A DNA stretch of 64,000 bases from Octopus vulgaris (GCA_951406725.2 OX597818.1:57288001-57352000); one strand, 5' to 3'; shown: positions 36,781 to 49,882, numbered from the stretch's first letter. A program made the numbers and translations. Notes: generated by a model not told the origin, from the sequence alone.

Positions 36781-37985
36781 CTCTCAATAATAACAATAAT
36801 AATTATGATAATAATAATGAACGACAATAAGAAGAACAAATGATGCATACTGAAAATGGTACAATGTGAATGACTACATAGAAAAGCATAACTTGTTATA
36901 AACCAACGAAAGCTTTGAAACAAAATCATTTAACAGAAAACATGACCTCGTGCGAGAGAGAGAGAAATGAAGAGAGAGATAAATATGAAAGAGAGGTGGG
37001 GTGGAGAAGTGGGGGGAGAGAGAGAATCGGTAATACAAGAAGGTGGCAACGCAAACACTGAATGTTTTTGTAAAACACTCCAGATCCCACAACACGAGAA
37101 CCAAACAAGTCATTGAAGCTAATTAAAAACAGAGAAAAAAATTGTTCGAATCTAAAATGATGTAAATAATAGAATTTTCCATGGAGATATTCTGACAAAT
37201 ACAAAAGTACAAAAAATATAAATCTTCGATACAACATTTAACTACAAACAAAATAAGAACACATCACAACATATCAAGGAGGGCTAAGGTTGAGTGGCAC
37301 CTCATAGAAAAAAACATATTGGAAACAGAAGACAAGATAACAAAATCGATGAACAACGTAAATAATAGTCCAAGCTGTACACAGAATAAACAGTTCCAAG
37401 AAAGAACAAATAAATACAAGTGGCGAAGAAACTCGCCGAATTTAAACAGATTGATCGATCTAATGTATTTTGTAACAGTAGCTGTATTGAATGAAATAGT
37501 GTGGGGGCCCTTGGAAGCTAAGCTAATTAAAGAGTGGAAAGAAAATATACCATAGAGAATTCTAAAAAGGACAACAAATTGACGATCCTATCTGTGTTTA
37601 GGAAAATGGAGAAAGAAGGATCTATCATGAAAAATAAATTAAAGGAACGAGTTAATTCTTTAAAATGTATAGGATCTCTAAGAGAAAAACGCACACTGAT
37701 CGTATCTGCGAAACGAGGCAGGATAAGATGCTTCAAAGGTCATCACCGCTTCTTCTATAGCATTAAAGTATTGGATTCAAATACAAAAGGGTTTTACATG
37801 GATGCCAATAAAATATACCATAACACCAGAAGCCTCTGTCAGTCCTTGTTTGTCCTCTCTGTGTTTAGCCCCTTTAGGTAGTAAAGAAATAGGTATTTCG
37901 TCTACCGTTACGTTTTGAGTTCAAATTCCGCCGAGGTCGACTTTGCCTTTCATCCTTTCGGAGTCGATTAAATAAGTACCAGTTA

Positions 37986-39279
37986 CGAGGGGCGTTCAAT
38001 AAGTAATGCCTCTGACCCACTTGCAGTTGTTTGATCTAGCTGAAATTTTGCATGTGCAATTATGTATATCTCTTCAGATTAAGTGGCAAATTACAGCTCT
38101 GAACTAATTGTGGTTTTTGATTTACAGGTGTTTGAAATGAGTCAAGTGTGAAATGGAGCCTGTTGAGTGTCGAGCAGTGATCCTGGTTTTTGTATTTGAA
38201 AGGACGCACACCACGGGAGACTATTGATGAAATGGAAGTAACTTATGGTGATGATACCCCATCATATGACCTTGGAAAATGCTGGCATCGTGAATTCAAA
38301 CATGGTCGGAACTCTGTGGAAACAGCTCCCAGATCTGGTCGCCCCCTTCTGCCATTGATGAGGCATCTGTCCGTCAAGTTGAGGCTGCCATTTTGGAAGA
38401 TCGACGCATAACTATTCGCCAAATAGCCCATGACGTCAAGATTAGTACCGGGTCTGTGGAAACTATCATTCATGACCATTTGCACATGCAAAAAGGTGTC
38501 TGCCAGATGGATTCCCAGGTTGCTCACACCTTTCCAGAAGCAAGAACGCGTCGAGTGCTCGAGGATGAATTTGGAGATGTGCCAAGAAGATGAGTCAAAA
38601 TTTTTCAAAAGACTGATTACACAGGATGAAACCTGGCTCCATCACTATGATCCAGAGACCAAAGCCCAGTCAATTCAGTGGAAGCACCGTGACTCACCTC
38701 CTCCAAAGAAGGCAAGAGTGCAGCCCTCCGCTGGCAAGGTCATGCTCACAGTCTTCTGGGACCAGGACGGAGTAGTGATGACAGATTTCCTGGCAAAGGG
38801 TACCACAATTACAGGAGCCTATTATGCTTCACTTTTGAGAAAAATAAGAGAAGCTATCAAAATCAAGAGGCGGGGCAAGATCAGCAAAGGCATCCTCCTC
38901 CTGCAGGACAACGCTCCGGTCCACAACTCGCGTGTCGCCAGATCAGAAGCACAGGCGTGCGGCTATGAACTTCTCCTCCATCCCTCCTAATCTCCTGACC
39001 TTGCACCCTCTGATTTTCACCTCTTCCCAGCCATGAAGTTGTTTTTGAAAGGAAAGCGTTTCCCAGATGATGCAGCCTTGATTTCTGAAGTCACGTCGTG
39101 GTTGGAGGACCAAGCTGGGGTCTTCTACAAAAACGGTCTCCAGAGTTGCATCAAATGATGGGAGAAATGCGTAACTCTGGGTGATTTCTATGTAGAAAAA
39201 GACTAATGACTGTGCCAAGTTTCGTTGCTCTACTGCTATGGGAAGTTGGTCAGGGGCATTACTTATTGAACGCCCCTCG
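37986..39279 (+). mobile_element. Full-length mariner (DD34D), 1294 bp
   Basis: TIR cgaggggcgttcaataagtaatgcc at both ends and TA TSD (37984-85, 39280-81). Confidence 0.97.
38153..39206 (+). pseudogene. Mariner transposase, disrupted (irritans-like motifs)
   Basis: MEPVECRAVI, WIPRLL, ITQDETWLHHYDPETK, LLQDNAPVH, HPS*SPDLAPSDFHLF. Frameshifts and two in-frame stops. Confidence 0.93.
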
Positions 39280-40035
39280 TACGTACTGGGATCGATATAA
39301 TCGACTTAATCCGTTTGTCTGTCCTTGTTTGTCCTCTCTGTGTTTATCCCCTTGTGGGTAGTAAAATAATAGGTATTTCGTCTGCTGTTACGTTCTGAGT
39401 TCAAATGCAACCGAGGTCGACTTTGCCTTTCATCTTTTCAACGTCAATAAATTAAGTACCAGTTACGTACTGGGGTCAATCTAGTCGACTGGCCACCAGA
39501 AGACATCCAGGGTAATTCAAGAATATCAGGATGAAATATTGAAGAAAATAATCGAGTGCATTAGATTAAGTTAACCATAATGTTTCGGAAGAAAAATATC
39601 ATAACAGGAACCAAGCAAGATATTTACCAATTTATAAACAACTGCTAGCAACTTGGAAGATCCTCAATTGAAAAAAAAAAAAAAAATTCCAATTTGTGGT
39701 TGAAGACCTGACCGATACTGAATTATAATCAGCAGCAGCAATTAGTGAACTGATATGTAAATGAGACTCAACACCGGAATATCTGTGGAAGAATAAAAGG
39801 AAAAAAAATGCCAGAAATCAGACCCCACCCTCCAAAAAAAAAACAACAGCGGAAGAGGCCTCACAGCAACACTTTACAATATGCTGACTCCCCACTTATC
39901 GAAAAATAACGTGATTGGATGAGAAGAGAAAGGGTTCTGAATATAATACATTTCCGTAAAAGCACAAATTTTGGTGAGCGAAGTTAATGCTTCATCTATT
40001 TCAGAATAGATGAAACATTAAACGTACAAAAACAT

Positions 40036-40383
40036 ATTTTCTACTCTAGGCACAAGGCCCGAAATTTTTGTGGAGGTGGGCAGTCGACCAGATCGACTCC
40101 AGTACGTAACTGGTACTAAATTTATCGACCTTGAAAAGATGAAAGGCAAAGTCGACCTCGGAGGAATTTGAACTCAGAATACCTATTTCTTTACTACCCA
40201 CAGGGGGCTAAACACAGAGAGGACAAGCAAGGACAGACAAACGGATTAAGTCGATTATATCGATCCTAGTGCATAACTGGTACTTATTTAATCGACCCCG
40301 AAAGGATGAAAGACAAAATCGACCTCGGCTGAATTTGAACTCAGAACGTAGCAGTAGGCGAAATACCGCTAAGCATTTCGCCT
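40036..40383 (-). mobile_element. SINE B dimer with the alternative terminal tail
   Basis: Matches SINE B blocks. Confidence 0.85.
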
Positions 40384-40455
40384 TACATGTGAAACATTAA
40401 CACAAAGACTTAACTTCACTTAAAAGATTTTATTTGGTGTCAGAAATTTTGATGG

Positions 40456-40561
<106 letters not shown>

Positions 40562-40907
40562 CTTGTCAGCTGTTACCTTGATATGAGGCTGTTGAAATAA
40601 ATATAATTAGAGAGCGGAAAAATACATTAGTCATTCAAAGGTGCACAGATATTGTTAACCGTATTTAAACATTTATTATTTAGTGTGAAAAAATTTTCCC
40701 GCAACAAATTATAAATGCTTAATTAAAGTTAACAGTCTTTATGTTCTTTTGAATGATTAATATTTGTCTTCAACTCTGTAATTGTTTTAATTTCAACACA
40801 CGATCTTAGATCAAGCGATTTACTTGGCAAGTACACATTAAAGAAATTTAAAAAAAAGGGAAAACATCTGTATAACTTCAATAAATTTCCTCGAAACATT
40901 TCGTAAA

Positions 40908-41109
40908 ATAGAGCAGTTGTATACTGTCACCTTAATGTGACAGGCTTAGCTGGATGGAGTTGGGGGTGGTCTCCCCCTTGTAAACATAACGATACAGGAA
41001 ATGTTTCAAGGCCGACAGGAAGCGGTGATGCTTCCTAGGGCTAAATAACGGTGGTGTGATTCCCTTTATGGGACTGTCACGTTAGGTTGACTGTATACAA
41101 CTGCTCTAT
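40908..41109. mobile_element. Unclassified MITE of about 200 bp
   Basis: Imperfect TIR of about 36 bp, atagagcagttgtatac(t/a)gtca...gtgacag. Possible TA TSD. Confidence 0.7.
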
Positions 41110-41741
41110 CGTTCCACCACTGCTGATATCTCTCTGAGATATTTAGAAATTTAATATTTCTATTTCATAAAATATTTCATATCAAGTTATTCCGCATAAA
41201 TAAACAGCTCCAAGACTAAGAAGGATCATTAACCATTCTATAACAAACTTGAAAAATCATACCCGTACAAAATAAATTGAAGAGAATTAAAACCCGCCCT
41301 GTACGCACAACAAAAGAAAAGATAGGACGGAGAAACTTATTCATCTATATACTTCTTAACTCTAACTTATTTAACAAATTCTCTGTATAAAACCAGCAAT
41401 AAGTGTAGATGCTCAGATAATCAGTACTTGGTATTATTCACTTTGTATCCATTCATCGTATATCTCAAAATATCTACAGGGGAATATAATTAGCTGTTTC
41501 ATGAGACCGTGATTCTACTTTTGCTAATGGAGCATTTTGTTCGTGAGCTCCATGGTGCCGACTTATACTAGCAAAAGAACATAATTCACAAGAGCATGTG
41601 ACCCACAGGAGGTCCACAGTAAAGACTAGGAATTTAAAAAATCGAAAAATCGAAAATTAACTACGAAATGTAACGTTGTTTCCTGCCCTGGTGTCGTGCC
41701 CTGGCGACCTGTTTAGAGTAAGGGAGATAATACTTTGCAGT

Positions 41742-41930
41742 ATAGGCGTAGGAGTGGCTGTATGGTAAGTAGCTTGCTTACTAACTACATGGTTCTGGGT
41801 TCAGTCCCACTGTGTGGCACCTTGGGCAAGTGTCTTCTACTATAGCCTCGGGCTGACCAAAGCCTAGTGAGTGGATTTGGTAGACGGAAACTGAAAGAAG
41901 CCCGTCCTATGTGTGTGTGTGTATGTTTGT
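41742..41930 (+). mobile_element. SINE A 5' half
   Basis: Head through to the (TG)n tract. Confidence 0.85.
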
Positions 41931-42555
41931 CTTTTTCTGCTAATTCATTAAGAAGCTTTAAAAATGTCTTGTCTTACGTAATAATTAATGGCATCATTTC
42001 ATTCCTATTAATCTGAATGACATAACCCGAGGTAAATGAATTCATGTAAGCTTTTCTCTGGTTACCTACTAAAATTGCAATTTTTTCCTTGGAAATAATT
42101 CATGTTTACCTTTCGTTATCTAAGTGCAAATGTATATAAGTCTAGCGGTGTTGGTGGAGCAGTCTGTCTTTGGATCTAGTCCAGGGAACGTATATTTTTA
42201 TTGTTTTTCCTTTGTAAGTGGACCATCCAGTCTCTCAGTCACAACTTCTTATAGAACTGTCACTGAATTTAGAGTGGTGCGGTGGGACTTGAACTCACAC
42301 GAAATTTGTTCAAGATTGAAACAGACAATAAACAATATCCTGTCTGACGATCTAATAATTACATCAAACCTCCGCTCTGGATTGAGAATTTTTTATTGAC
42401 TTCGAAGTAATAAACAGCAAAATTTACCTCGGTGTGACTTGATCTTAGAGTACAGTAAGTGGGAGCATATACAACCAGAGGCTGTATCAAACGCTCAAAC
42501 AACTCAACTAGTTCACAGACTTATGCTACACTATAGAGATATTTACTGTCATATA

Positions 42556-43125
42556 TATTTCCTTATTGCCCCAAAGGGTCTACACATAGAGGGGACAAAC
42601 AAGGACAGACAAAGGGATTAACTCGATTATATCGACCCCAGTGCGTTACTGGTACTTATTTAATCAACCCCGAAAGTATAAAAGGCAAAGTTGACATCGG
42701 CGGAATTTGAACTCAGAACGTAAAGGCAGAAAAAAACACAAAGAGGACAAAGACAGACAAACGGATTAAGTCGATTATATCGAACCCAGTGCGTAACTGG
42801 TACTTAATTTTTCGACCCCGAAAGGATGAAAGGCAAAATCGACCTCGGCAGAATTTGAACTCAGAACGTAATGGCAGACGAAATACCTATTTCTATTTCT
42901 TTATTATCCACAAGGGGCTAAACACAGTGAGGACAAACAAAGACAGACAAACGGATTAAGTCGATTACATCGACCCCAGTGCGTAACTGGTACTTATTTA
43001 ATCGACCCCGAAAGGATGAAAGGCAAAGTCGACCTCGGCAGAATTTGAACTCAGAACGTAACCGCAGACGAAATACCACAAAGCATTTCGCCCGGCGTGC
43101 TAACGTTTTTGCCAGCTCGCCGCCT
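42556..43125 (-). mobile_element. SINE B trimer
   Basis: One head and three bodies, flanked by duplicated atatttactgtcatata. Confidence 0.9.
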
Positions 43126-43261
43126 TATATTTACTGTCATATAACTTTCATATGCCTCAATTGAATTCGTCCAAACCCAAGAAATTAAGATCTGAGTGTG
43201 ACGCTGAGGGTAATATGCTTTCACAATAATCAAGATACATAAAGTAGATTTTCCTCATACA

Positions 43262-43677
43262 TAGGAGTGGCTGTGTGGTAAGTAGCTTGCTAACCAACCA
43301 CATGGTTCCGAGTTCAGTCCTACTGCGTGTCATCTTGGGCAAGTGTCTTCTGCTATAGCCCCGGGCCGACCAATGCCTTGTGAGTGGATTTGGTAGATGG
43401 AAACTGAAAGAAGCCTGTCGTATATATGTATATATGTATAAGTGTGTGTGTATATGTTTGTGTGTCTGTGTTTGTCCCCCTAGCATTGCTTGACAACCGA
43501 TGCTGGTGTGTTTACATCCCCGTCACCTAGCGGTTCGACAAAAGAGACCGATAGAATAAGTACTGGGCTTACAAAGAATAAGTCCCGGGTTCGATTTGCT
43601 GGACTAAAGGCGGTGCTCCAGCATTGCCGCAGTCAAATGACTGAAACAAGTAAAAGAGTAAAAGAGTAAAAAGAGTA
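43262..43677 (+). mobile_element. SINE A, near full length
   Basis: Matches the other SINE A copies. Confidence 0.9.
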
Positions 43678-44645
43678 ATATATAAAAAACACAGTAGCAT
43701 ATCTACTGTGGTTTTCTCCAATCTTTCTTTCTTCATAAAACCATTGTATATATTCAAAACTTGGCAGTTATTTTGTAACTTACGTTAGTCAGTGTATTAA
43801 ATATTCTCAATACACCTTTATTCTCTCCACCTCGACAGGAGAAAACTACATAAATACTGTAACCTATCTTCACCATTCAGTGTATATTTCGCCATTTACA
43901 TTTTAGCTGTTAGCTTATTTTTCGTTTGGATATTCTGTCAATTTTCTATAAAGTTCGAGGCAAATTTATATTAAATGAAAAGCAGAATCTACATATTAAA
44001 TGTCTTTCCTACCCAGAAGAATGTATACAACACTGTTGAATAGTGTTTTGAATTGTCTTCAGCAACAACAGTAATTCGCTTTAAAATCAACAGAATGATC
44101 TGTAAATAAACGGAGTTTGAGAAAGTGTTCTAGGAATTGGCTTCCCTATCCATTATACGGCTGTCCACTATTGAATAGTGAGAACGAAAGAATAAATTCA
44201 ACATTACATGCTCAAACTATTGAATAACCATCTGTGGCTACTGCTGCAGAAAAATCGAATGCGAATGCGCTCTGGGTGTTTACAGTAAAACTGTAATATT
44301 TTCCTAAACGTAGTCGGTAAATCAACTTTGCAGCAGGTCATGTCATGTCATGCGTTTGGAGATGTTGAAAGTTAAATCCGGAAAGAAAATAAACTGTTTC
44401 TGCCATTAAACAAGTAAACGCTTGAAACATTAATGTATTACATAATCTTTTATATTAGCGAGACAGGTTTTGCCTTTGAGAGATTCCCCAAGAAACAGCT
44501 AATATAATGCACTTAGTGGAATCCTATGGATGCTTAAAACGGCGTGAAATGGCGAAGTATAACGTCCTCATCAATAAAGTACATTCACAAAAAAACATCT
44601 ATAGCAGCTTTCCTTGTTTAATCTTAAGAGAATTTTCTATATTCT

Positions 44646-44690
<45 letters not shown>

Positions 44691-44870
44691 ACACACACAA
44701 AGCTACATACACATTATATATATATATATACACACACAGCTACACACTATATATAAATATATATATATACATACACACAGCTACACACTATATATATATA
44801 TATATGTATATATATACACAGAGCTACGCACTATATATTTATATACATACACAGAGCTACACACTATATA

Positions 44871-44910
<40 letters not shown>

Positions 44911-44913
<3 letters not shown>

Positions 44914-45213
44914 ATAAATATTAGGGAATAAATCCAAATTTACAGGGAAAAAATCAGATTAAATCCAATTTTATAGTAAAATATTATATAATATTATTAG
45001 AGACAAAACCACTATTTTGCAAAACAAACAAGGAAAGACTTAATCAATACATAAAATTTTAATAAAATTTCAAAAGAACCGCCACTACAATTGTTTCTTG
45101 TCCTGAGGACAAGAAACAATTGTAGTGGCGGTTCTTTTGACATTTTATTAAAATTTTATGTATTGATTAAGTCTTTCCTTGTTTGTTTTGCAAAATAGTG
45201 GTTTTGTCTCTAA

Positions 45214-45225
<12 letters not shown>
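44911..45225. mobile_element. Fold-back palindromic element in (TA)n, PLE pseudo-LTR-like
   Basis: 120-bp arms (44985-45225, axis 45105) with one mismatch seen. Each arm reads ggacaa GAAAC AATT GTA gtggcgg outward from the axis. Confidence 0.8.
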
Positions 45226-45257
<32 letters not shown>

Positions 45258-45275
45258 CATACATACACACAGAGC

Positions 45276-45325
<50 letters not shown>

Positions 45326-46070
45326 CTCAGAAGTGCTCATATGCATTCAAGTTTGTATATTTATCATAGGTCTTCGTATCTACCGAGAATATGTCTGTTT
45401 GGTTAAATAACTTTGCGATTGTGATGTTATAAGCGAGTCCAGAAAAGATGTCAGCACTACAGTCGTAAACGGGTGAATATTTTTTCATCTTAATCGACTA
45501 TTTATACAAAATCTGAAATTTAAGAGATCTACTGGTCACTTTTCGAGTAGTGGTGCATGGCAATGTCCATTGTATTTGAAAATACCGGAGGATAAAAACG
45601 GCTTACACACTCACAGAAATAAATCTAAAACCACTTACAACTAGTAAAACTATCTTCAAATCTAATAGCAACTGAGAAATATTTATTGTGTTAGGAGCTT
45701 TTAACTATTCTGTTTCATAGTTTATGTTAGGGAGTTTTTTCCTTTTAGGGCCGTTTAGTTCGGATCCAGATCCTTCAACAATACACTTCGTATATCATTC
45801 TCTTTTATATAGTAACAACTCAAATTCTCGTGTTAAACATTGATTTCAGGATGATAAGGCAAAGTCTATTTGCAGCGGAATTTGAACTCAGAACGTAGCG
45901 GCAGACGATAATAGTGCTAAGCATTTCACCCGGCGTGCTAAAATGCTTCTGCCAGCTCGCCGCCCTTATGGATATTGGTCTCAAATTCTGGTACAAGGCT
46001 AGCAATTATAGGGTTGGCGGTAACTCGATTACATCGACTCCAGTTCTCAACTATAGCCTCTTATACTAAA

Positions 46071-46562
46071 GCGTGCTGCTTTAAGGGCGAAGTGTTAAGT
46101 CAACTTCAGTAGAATTTGAACTCAGAACGGAAAGACGGACGAACTGTCACTAAGTACTTTGTCCGGCGTGCTAACGAATCTGCCAGTTCACCGCTTTAAA
46201 GATAGATGTTACATATTAAATTGTTTTGAGGCGTGCTGCTTTAAGGGCGAAGTGTTAAGTCAACTTCAGTAGAATTTGAACTCAGAACGGAAAGACGGAC
46301 GAACTGTCGCTAAGTACTTTGTCCGGCGTGCTAACGAATCTGCCAGTTCACCGCCTTAAAGATAGATGTTACATATTAAATTGTTTTGAGGCGTGCTGCT
46401 TTAAGGGCGAAGTGTTAAGTCAACTTCAGTAGAATTTGAACTCAGAACGGAAAGACGGACGAACTGTCGCTAAGTACTTTGTCCGGCGTGCTAACGAATC
46501 TGCCAGTTCACCGCCTTAAAGATAGATGTTACATATTAAATTGTTTTGAGGCGTGCTGCTTT
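46071..46562. repeat. 160-bp tandem triplication containing a degenerate SINE B head
   Basis: Units start at 46071, 46231 and 46391, with a partial unit at 46551. They are almost identical. Confidence 0.95.
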
Positions 46563-47257
46563 CAGAATGTTAGAAGTGTGACATAGAAAATTTCCCATTA
46601 ATTAAATATTTAAACTGACATCAATAATTAAGAAGGCCGAATAACAAATAACTTCTCTGTCATTTCTATTCTTATTATTTAATTCTGGTATGCTGCACAT
46701 AATTTGGATTTAAAGAAAAAAATACTCACCACTCATCTAAATATAAAACTAAAATTTTGCCTGCAGCATTTTCTGTTTCATTTAATGCAATGAGAAAGAA
46801 CCAGCGTTTTTTAAAAAATATAATTAGATTTTCTTAAATCACTAATTCTGTAAATATATTGAAATTCTTGCTACATTTACATATTCCAAATATTTTTACA
46901 TAAGGCCTAGCTTCTAATTTCCAAATTAATTTTCAGCCATAGCAGAACTGAAGTAAGTTTGCATTATATTATATATATTCTTATTTCCCTTTTAACGAAT
47001 TCAACTCATAAAACTTACAATTTATGAAATCTAATTATGAAATTTCAGAAAGTGACTTTGAAATCTTGTTCCACGTCTTATGCTTTTAATATCCTTTTAA
47101 TCCATGTACATATTTCGTTAATCAGAAAAACGATGCTTCCGGACTGATCCTTTGGTAATTCCAAGAGAATGTAAATAATTGATATAAGAGAATTCTTTAA
47201 ATGTGTTATACCGGCTCTAAAGTTTTATGAATTTTAAGTTATTTTAAATTGTCTAAA

Positions 47258-47647
47258 CTCTCTCTTACTCTCTTACTTGTTTCAGTCATTTGACTGCGGC
47301 CATGCTGGAGCACCGCCTTTAGTCGAGCAAATCTTTGTAAGCCCAGTACTAATTCTATCGGTCTCTTTTGCCGAACCGCTAAGTAACAGGACGTAAACAC
47401 ACCAGCATCGGTTGTCAAGCAATGCTAGGGGGACAAACACAGACACACAAACACATACACACACATATATATATATATATACGACAGGCTTCTTTCAGTT
47501 TCCATCTACCAAATCCACTCACAAGGCATTGGTCGGCCCGGGGCTATAGCAGAAGACACTTGTCCAAGATGCCACGCAGTGGGACTGAACCCGGTACCAT
47601 GTGGTTGGTTAGAAAGCTACTTACCACACAGCCACTCCTGCGCCTAT
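47258..47647 (-). mobile_element. SINE A, full length
   Basis: Matches the other SINE A copies. Confidence 0.9.
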
Positions 47648-48235
47648 GATATTGTGATAGCATTCAATTGACTGCGCTTCACTAATGTGGTTTAATGAGC
47701 GGAAATATGTCCGTAACTGCTTCTGTACCTGAAAAAGTTCAAACCCAAATTTCCCTTGCATGGTACCACTCACTCTTTGATCGATTCGGGATTCAAATTG
47801 GGAAAACCATTGTTCCGTTGGTGCATTTGAATGTGGCTTTTATTGACACTAACGAATTTTCTTGTACTTAGGTTTATAATTACGATTTTATATAATTTCA
47901 GTTCACCATGTGAGTTATCATAATATATATATACACGAATGTGTGTTTGTAAATATATACATATATCTTTAAGTAGAGGCAAACATGCAGATAAATATAA
48001 CTTCAGTTTGATATACGAAGTGTATATATATATATTAATAATAAAATATTAGGGAATAAATAATTATTAAGTTTTATGTTTCTAGTTTGATAATAGAGTT
48101 TATTATAAGTAAAATTATTATATTATTTATATCTTAAAAATATTGTTTAAATATTTCTGATTATATTTTAGATATTTCAATTAACCTGAATATTGACTGT
48201 AACCATAACTCGAATTATTACGAATTATATTTCAA

Positions 48236-48308
48236 TTAACCTGAAGATTGACTGTAACCATAACTCGAATTATTACGAATTGTACAGCCATGAAACGATC
48301 GTCGTGTT
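48236..48308 (+). ncRNA. Hammerhead motif with intact core and GUC cleavage triplet, within an AT-rich element (about 48036-48450)
   Basis: ttaac CTGAAGA(48241-47) [tgactgta/tacagcca] GAAAC GATC GTC(48301-03) gtg. Stem I is weak. The downstream tail aligns with the arm of the 45.1 kb palindrome. Confidence 0.68.
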
Positions 48309-48767
48309 TTACTCTTTATCTTTTATTAAACTTTTAATACTTTTGATATATATTTTAAATAATATAAATTAATTAATTTTATGTATTGGCTTATGTTTTT
48401 CATTGTTTGATTTGCCTAATACTGGTTTTATATCTAATTTAATATAATATATATATACACACATATATATATATATATATAGTTCAAATTTACAGAAAAC
48501 AATAGCCGAAGACAGGAGTAGGAAAACAAGCAGGTGTATTAGTTTAACGCACAGGAAGAATGGAAAAGTCTCTTACGTTTCAAGCCTTCTCTCTTCGACA
48601 GATTGGATTAAGAGGAAAAGAATGGAAAGAGAATGGAAAAAAAAACCCCAAAAAAACTGAGAGTGAAAAAATGTGCAGATTCATATTCTCCTAAAATCAT
48701 AATGATTTATAGAAGCAATGAAATGTGAAGAAAATTTCTTAGTTTATTCGGTTTCAGTATTTTGCCT

Positions 48768-49597
48768 TCTTTTACTTGCTTCAGTCATTTGACTGTGGCC
48801 AAGCTGGAGCATCGCCTTTAGTCGAGCAAATCGATCCCAGGACTTATTCTTCGTAAGCCTAGTACTTATTCTATCGGTCTCTTTTGCCGAACCGCTAAGT
48901 TACAGGGATGTAAACACACCAGCATTGGTTGTCAAGCGATGCTGGGGGGGGGGGGACAAACAGACACACAAACATATACACATACATACACATATACGAC
49001 GAGCTTCTTTCAGTTTCCATCTACCAAATCCATTCACAAGGATTTGGTCGGCCTGAAGCTATAGTCGAAGACACTTGCCCAAGGTGCCACGCAGTGGGAC
49101 TGAACCCGGAACCGTGTGGTTCGTAAGCAAGCTTCTTACCACACATCCACACCTGTGCCTATTCTGCATCTGTTGACTATATATCTTTATTAAAAAAAAT
49201 TTTTTTTTAATTGTTTCAGTCATTTTGACTGCGGCCATGCTGGAGCACCGCCTTTTAGTCGAGCAAATCGACCCCGGGACTTATTCTTTTGCAAGCCCAG
49301 TACTTATTCTATCGGTCTCTTTTACCAAACCGCTAAGTAACGGGGACGTAAACACACCAGCATCAGTTGTCAAGCGATGCTAGGGGGACAAACACAGACA
49401 CACAAACACACACTTATATACATACATATATACGACGGGCTTCTTTCAGTTTCCGTCTACCAAATCCATTCACAAGGCATTGGTCGGCCCGGGGCTATAG
49501 TAGAAGACACTTGCCCAAGGTGCCACGCAGTGGGACTGAACCCGGAACCGTGTGGCTGGTTAGCAAGCTACTTACCACACAGCCACACCTGTGCCTA
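48768..49597 (-). mobile_element. Two tandem SINE A copies (48768-49162, 49205-49597)
   Basis: Both are followed by the same unique flank ttctgcatctgttgactatatatctttat. Confidence 0.9.
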
Positions 49598-49882
49598 TTC
49601 TGCATCTGTTGACTATATATCTTTATGTGTATGTTTGTGTGTGTTATGGACGACATAACTGAGAAATACACTTTCGTCATCTCACAGTATTTCACTTTCA
49701 CTATTGGTATTAATATCATAGCTAACTTAGGTATTTCGTATACTCTCTGCATACAAACTACTTTCCAAATGTTTTAAGGCATCAAAGGTGGTGCCCCAGC
49801 ATGACCGCAGCTGAATCTAGTTAGGAAAAAATATACATGGATACACACACACACACACATAATATATATAAAACGATAAGCG

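Larger units (their letters stand above)
37835..39493 (+). mobile_element. 5'-truncated SINE B multimer interrupted by mariner
   Basis: The SINE sequence aagtaccagtTA resumes as TAcgtactggg after the mariner. Confidence 0.85.
37250..39940 (+). mobile_element. Decayed R4/Dong-like ORF (N-terminal to RT), split by SINE B and mariner
   Basis: SAKRGRIRCFKGHHRFFYSIKVLDSNTKGFY before the insertion; NLWLK, TPEYL and TLYNMLT after it. caccagaag is duplicated around the SINE. Confidence 0.5.

Noticed and set aside
42275-42300. tggtgcggtgggacttgaac as an LTR primer-binding site or tRNA 3' half
   Set aside because: No adjacent LTR or tRNA 5' half was found.
45103-45124. CTGAGGA-caa-GAAAC read as a complete stem-II-less hammerhead
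   Set aside because: The flanks cannot form stem I. The CTGAGGA lies in the palindrome axis and is better read as stem II.
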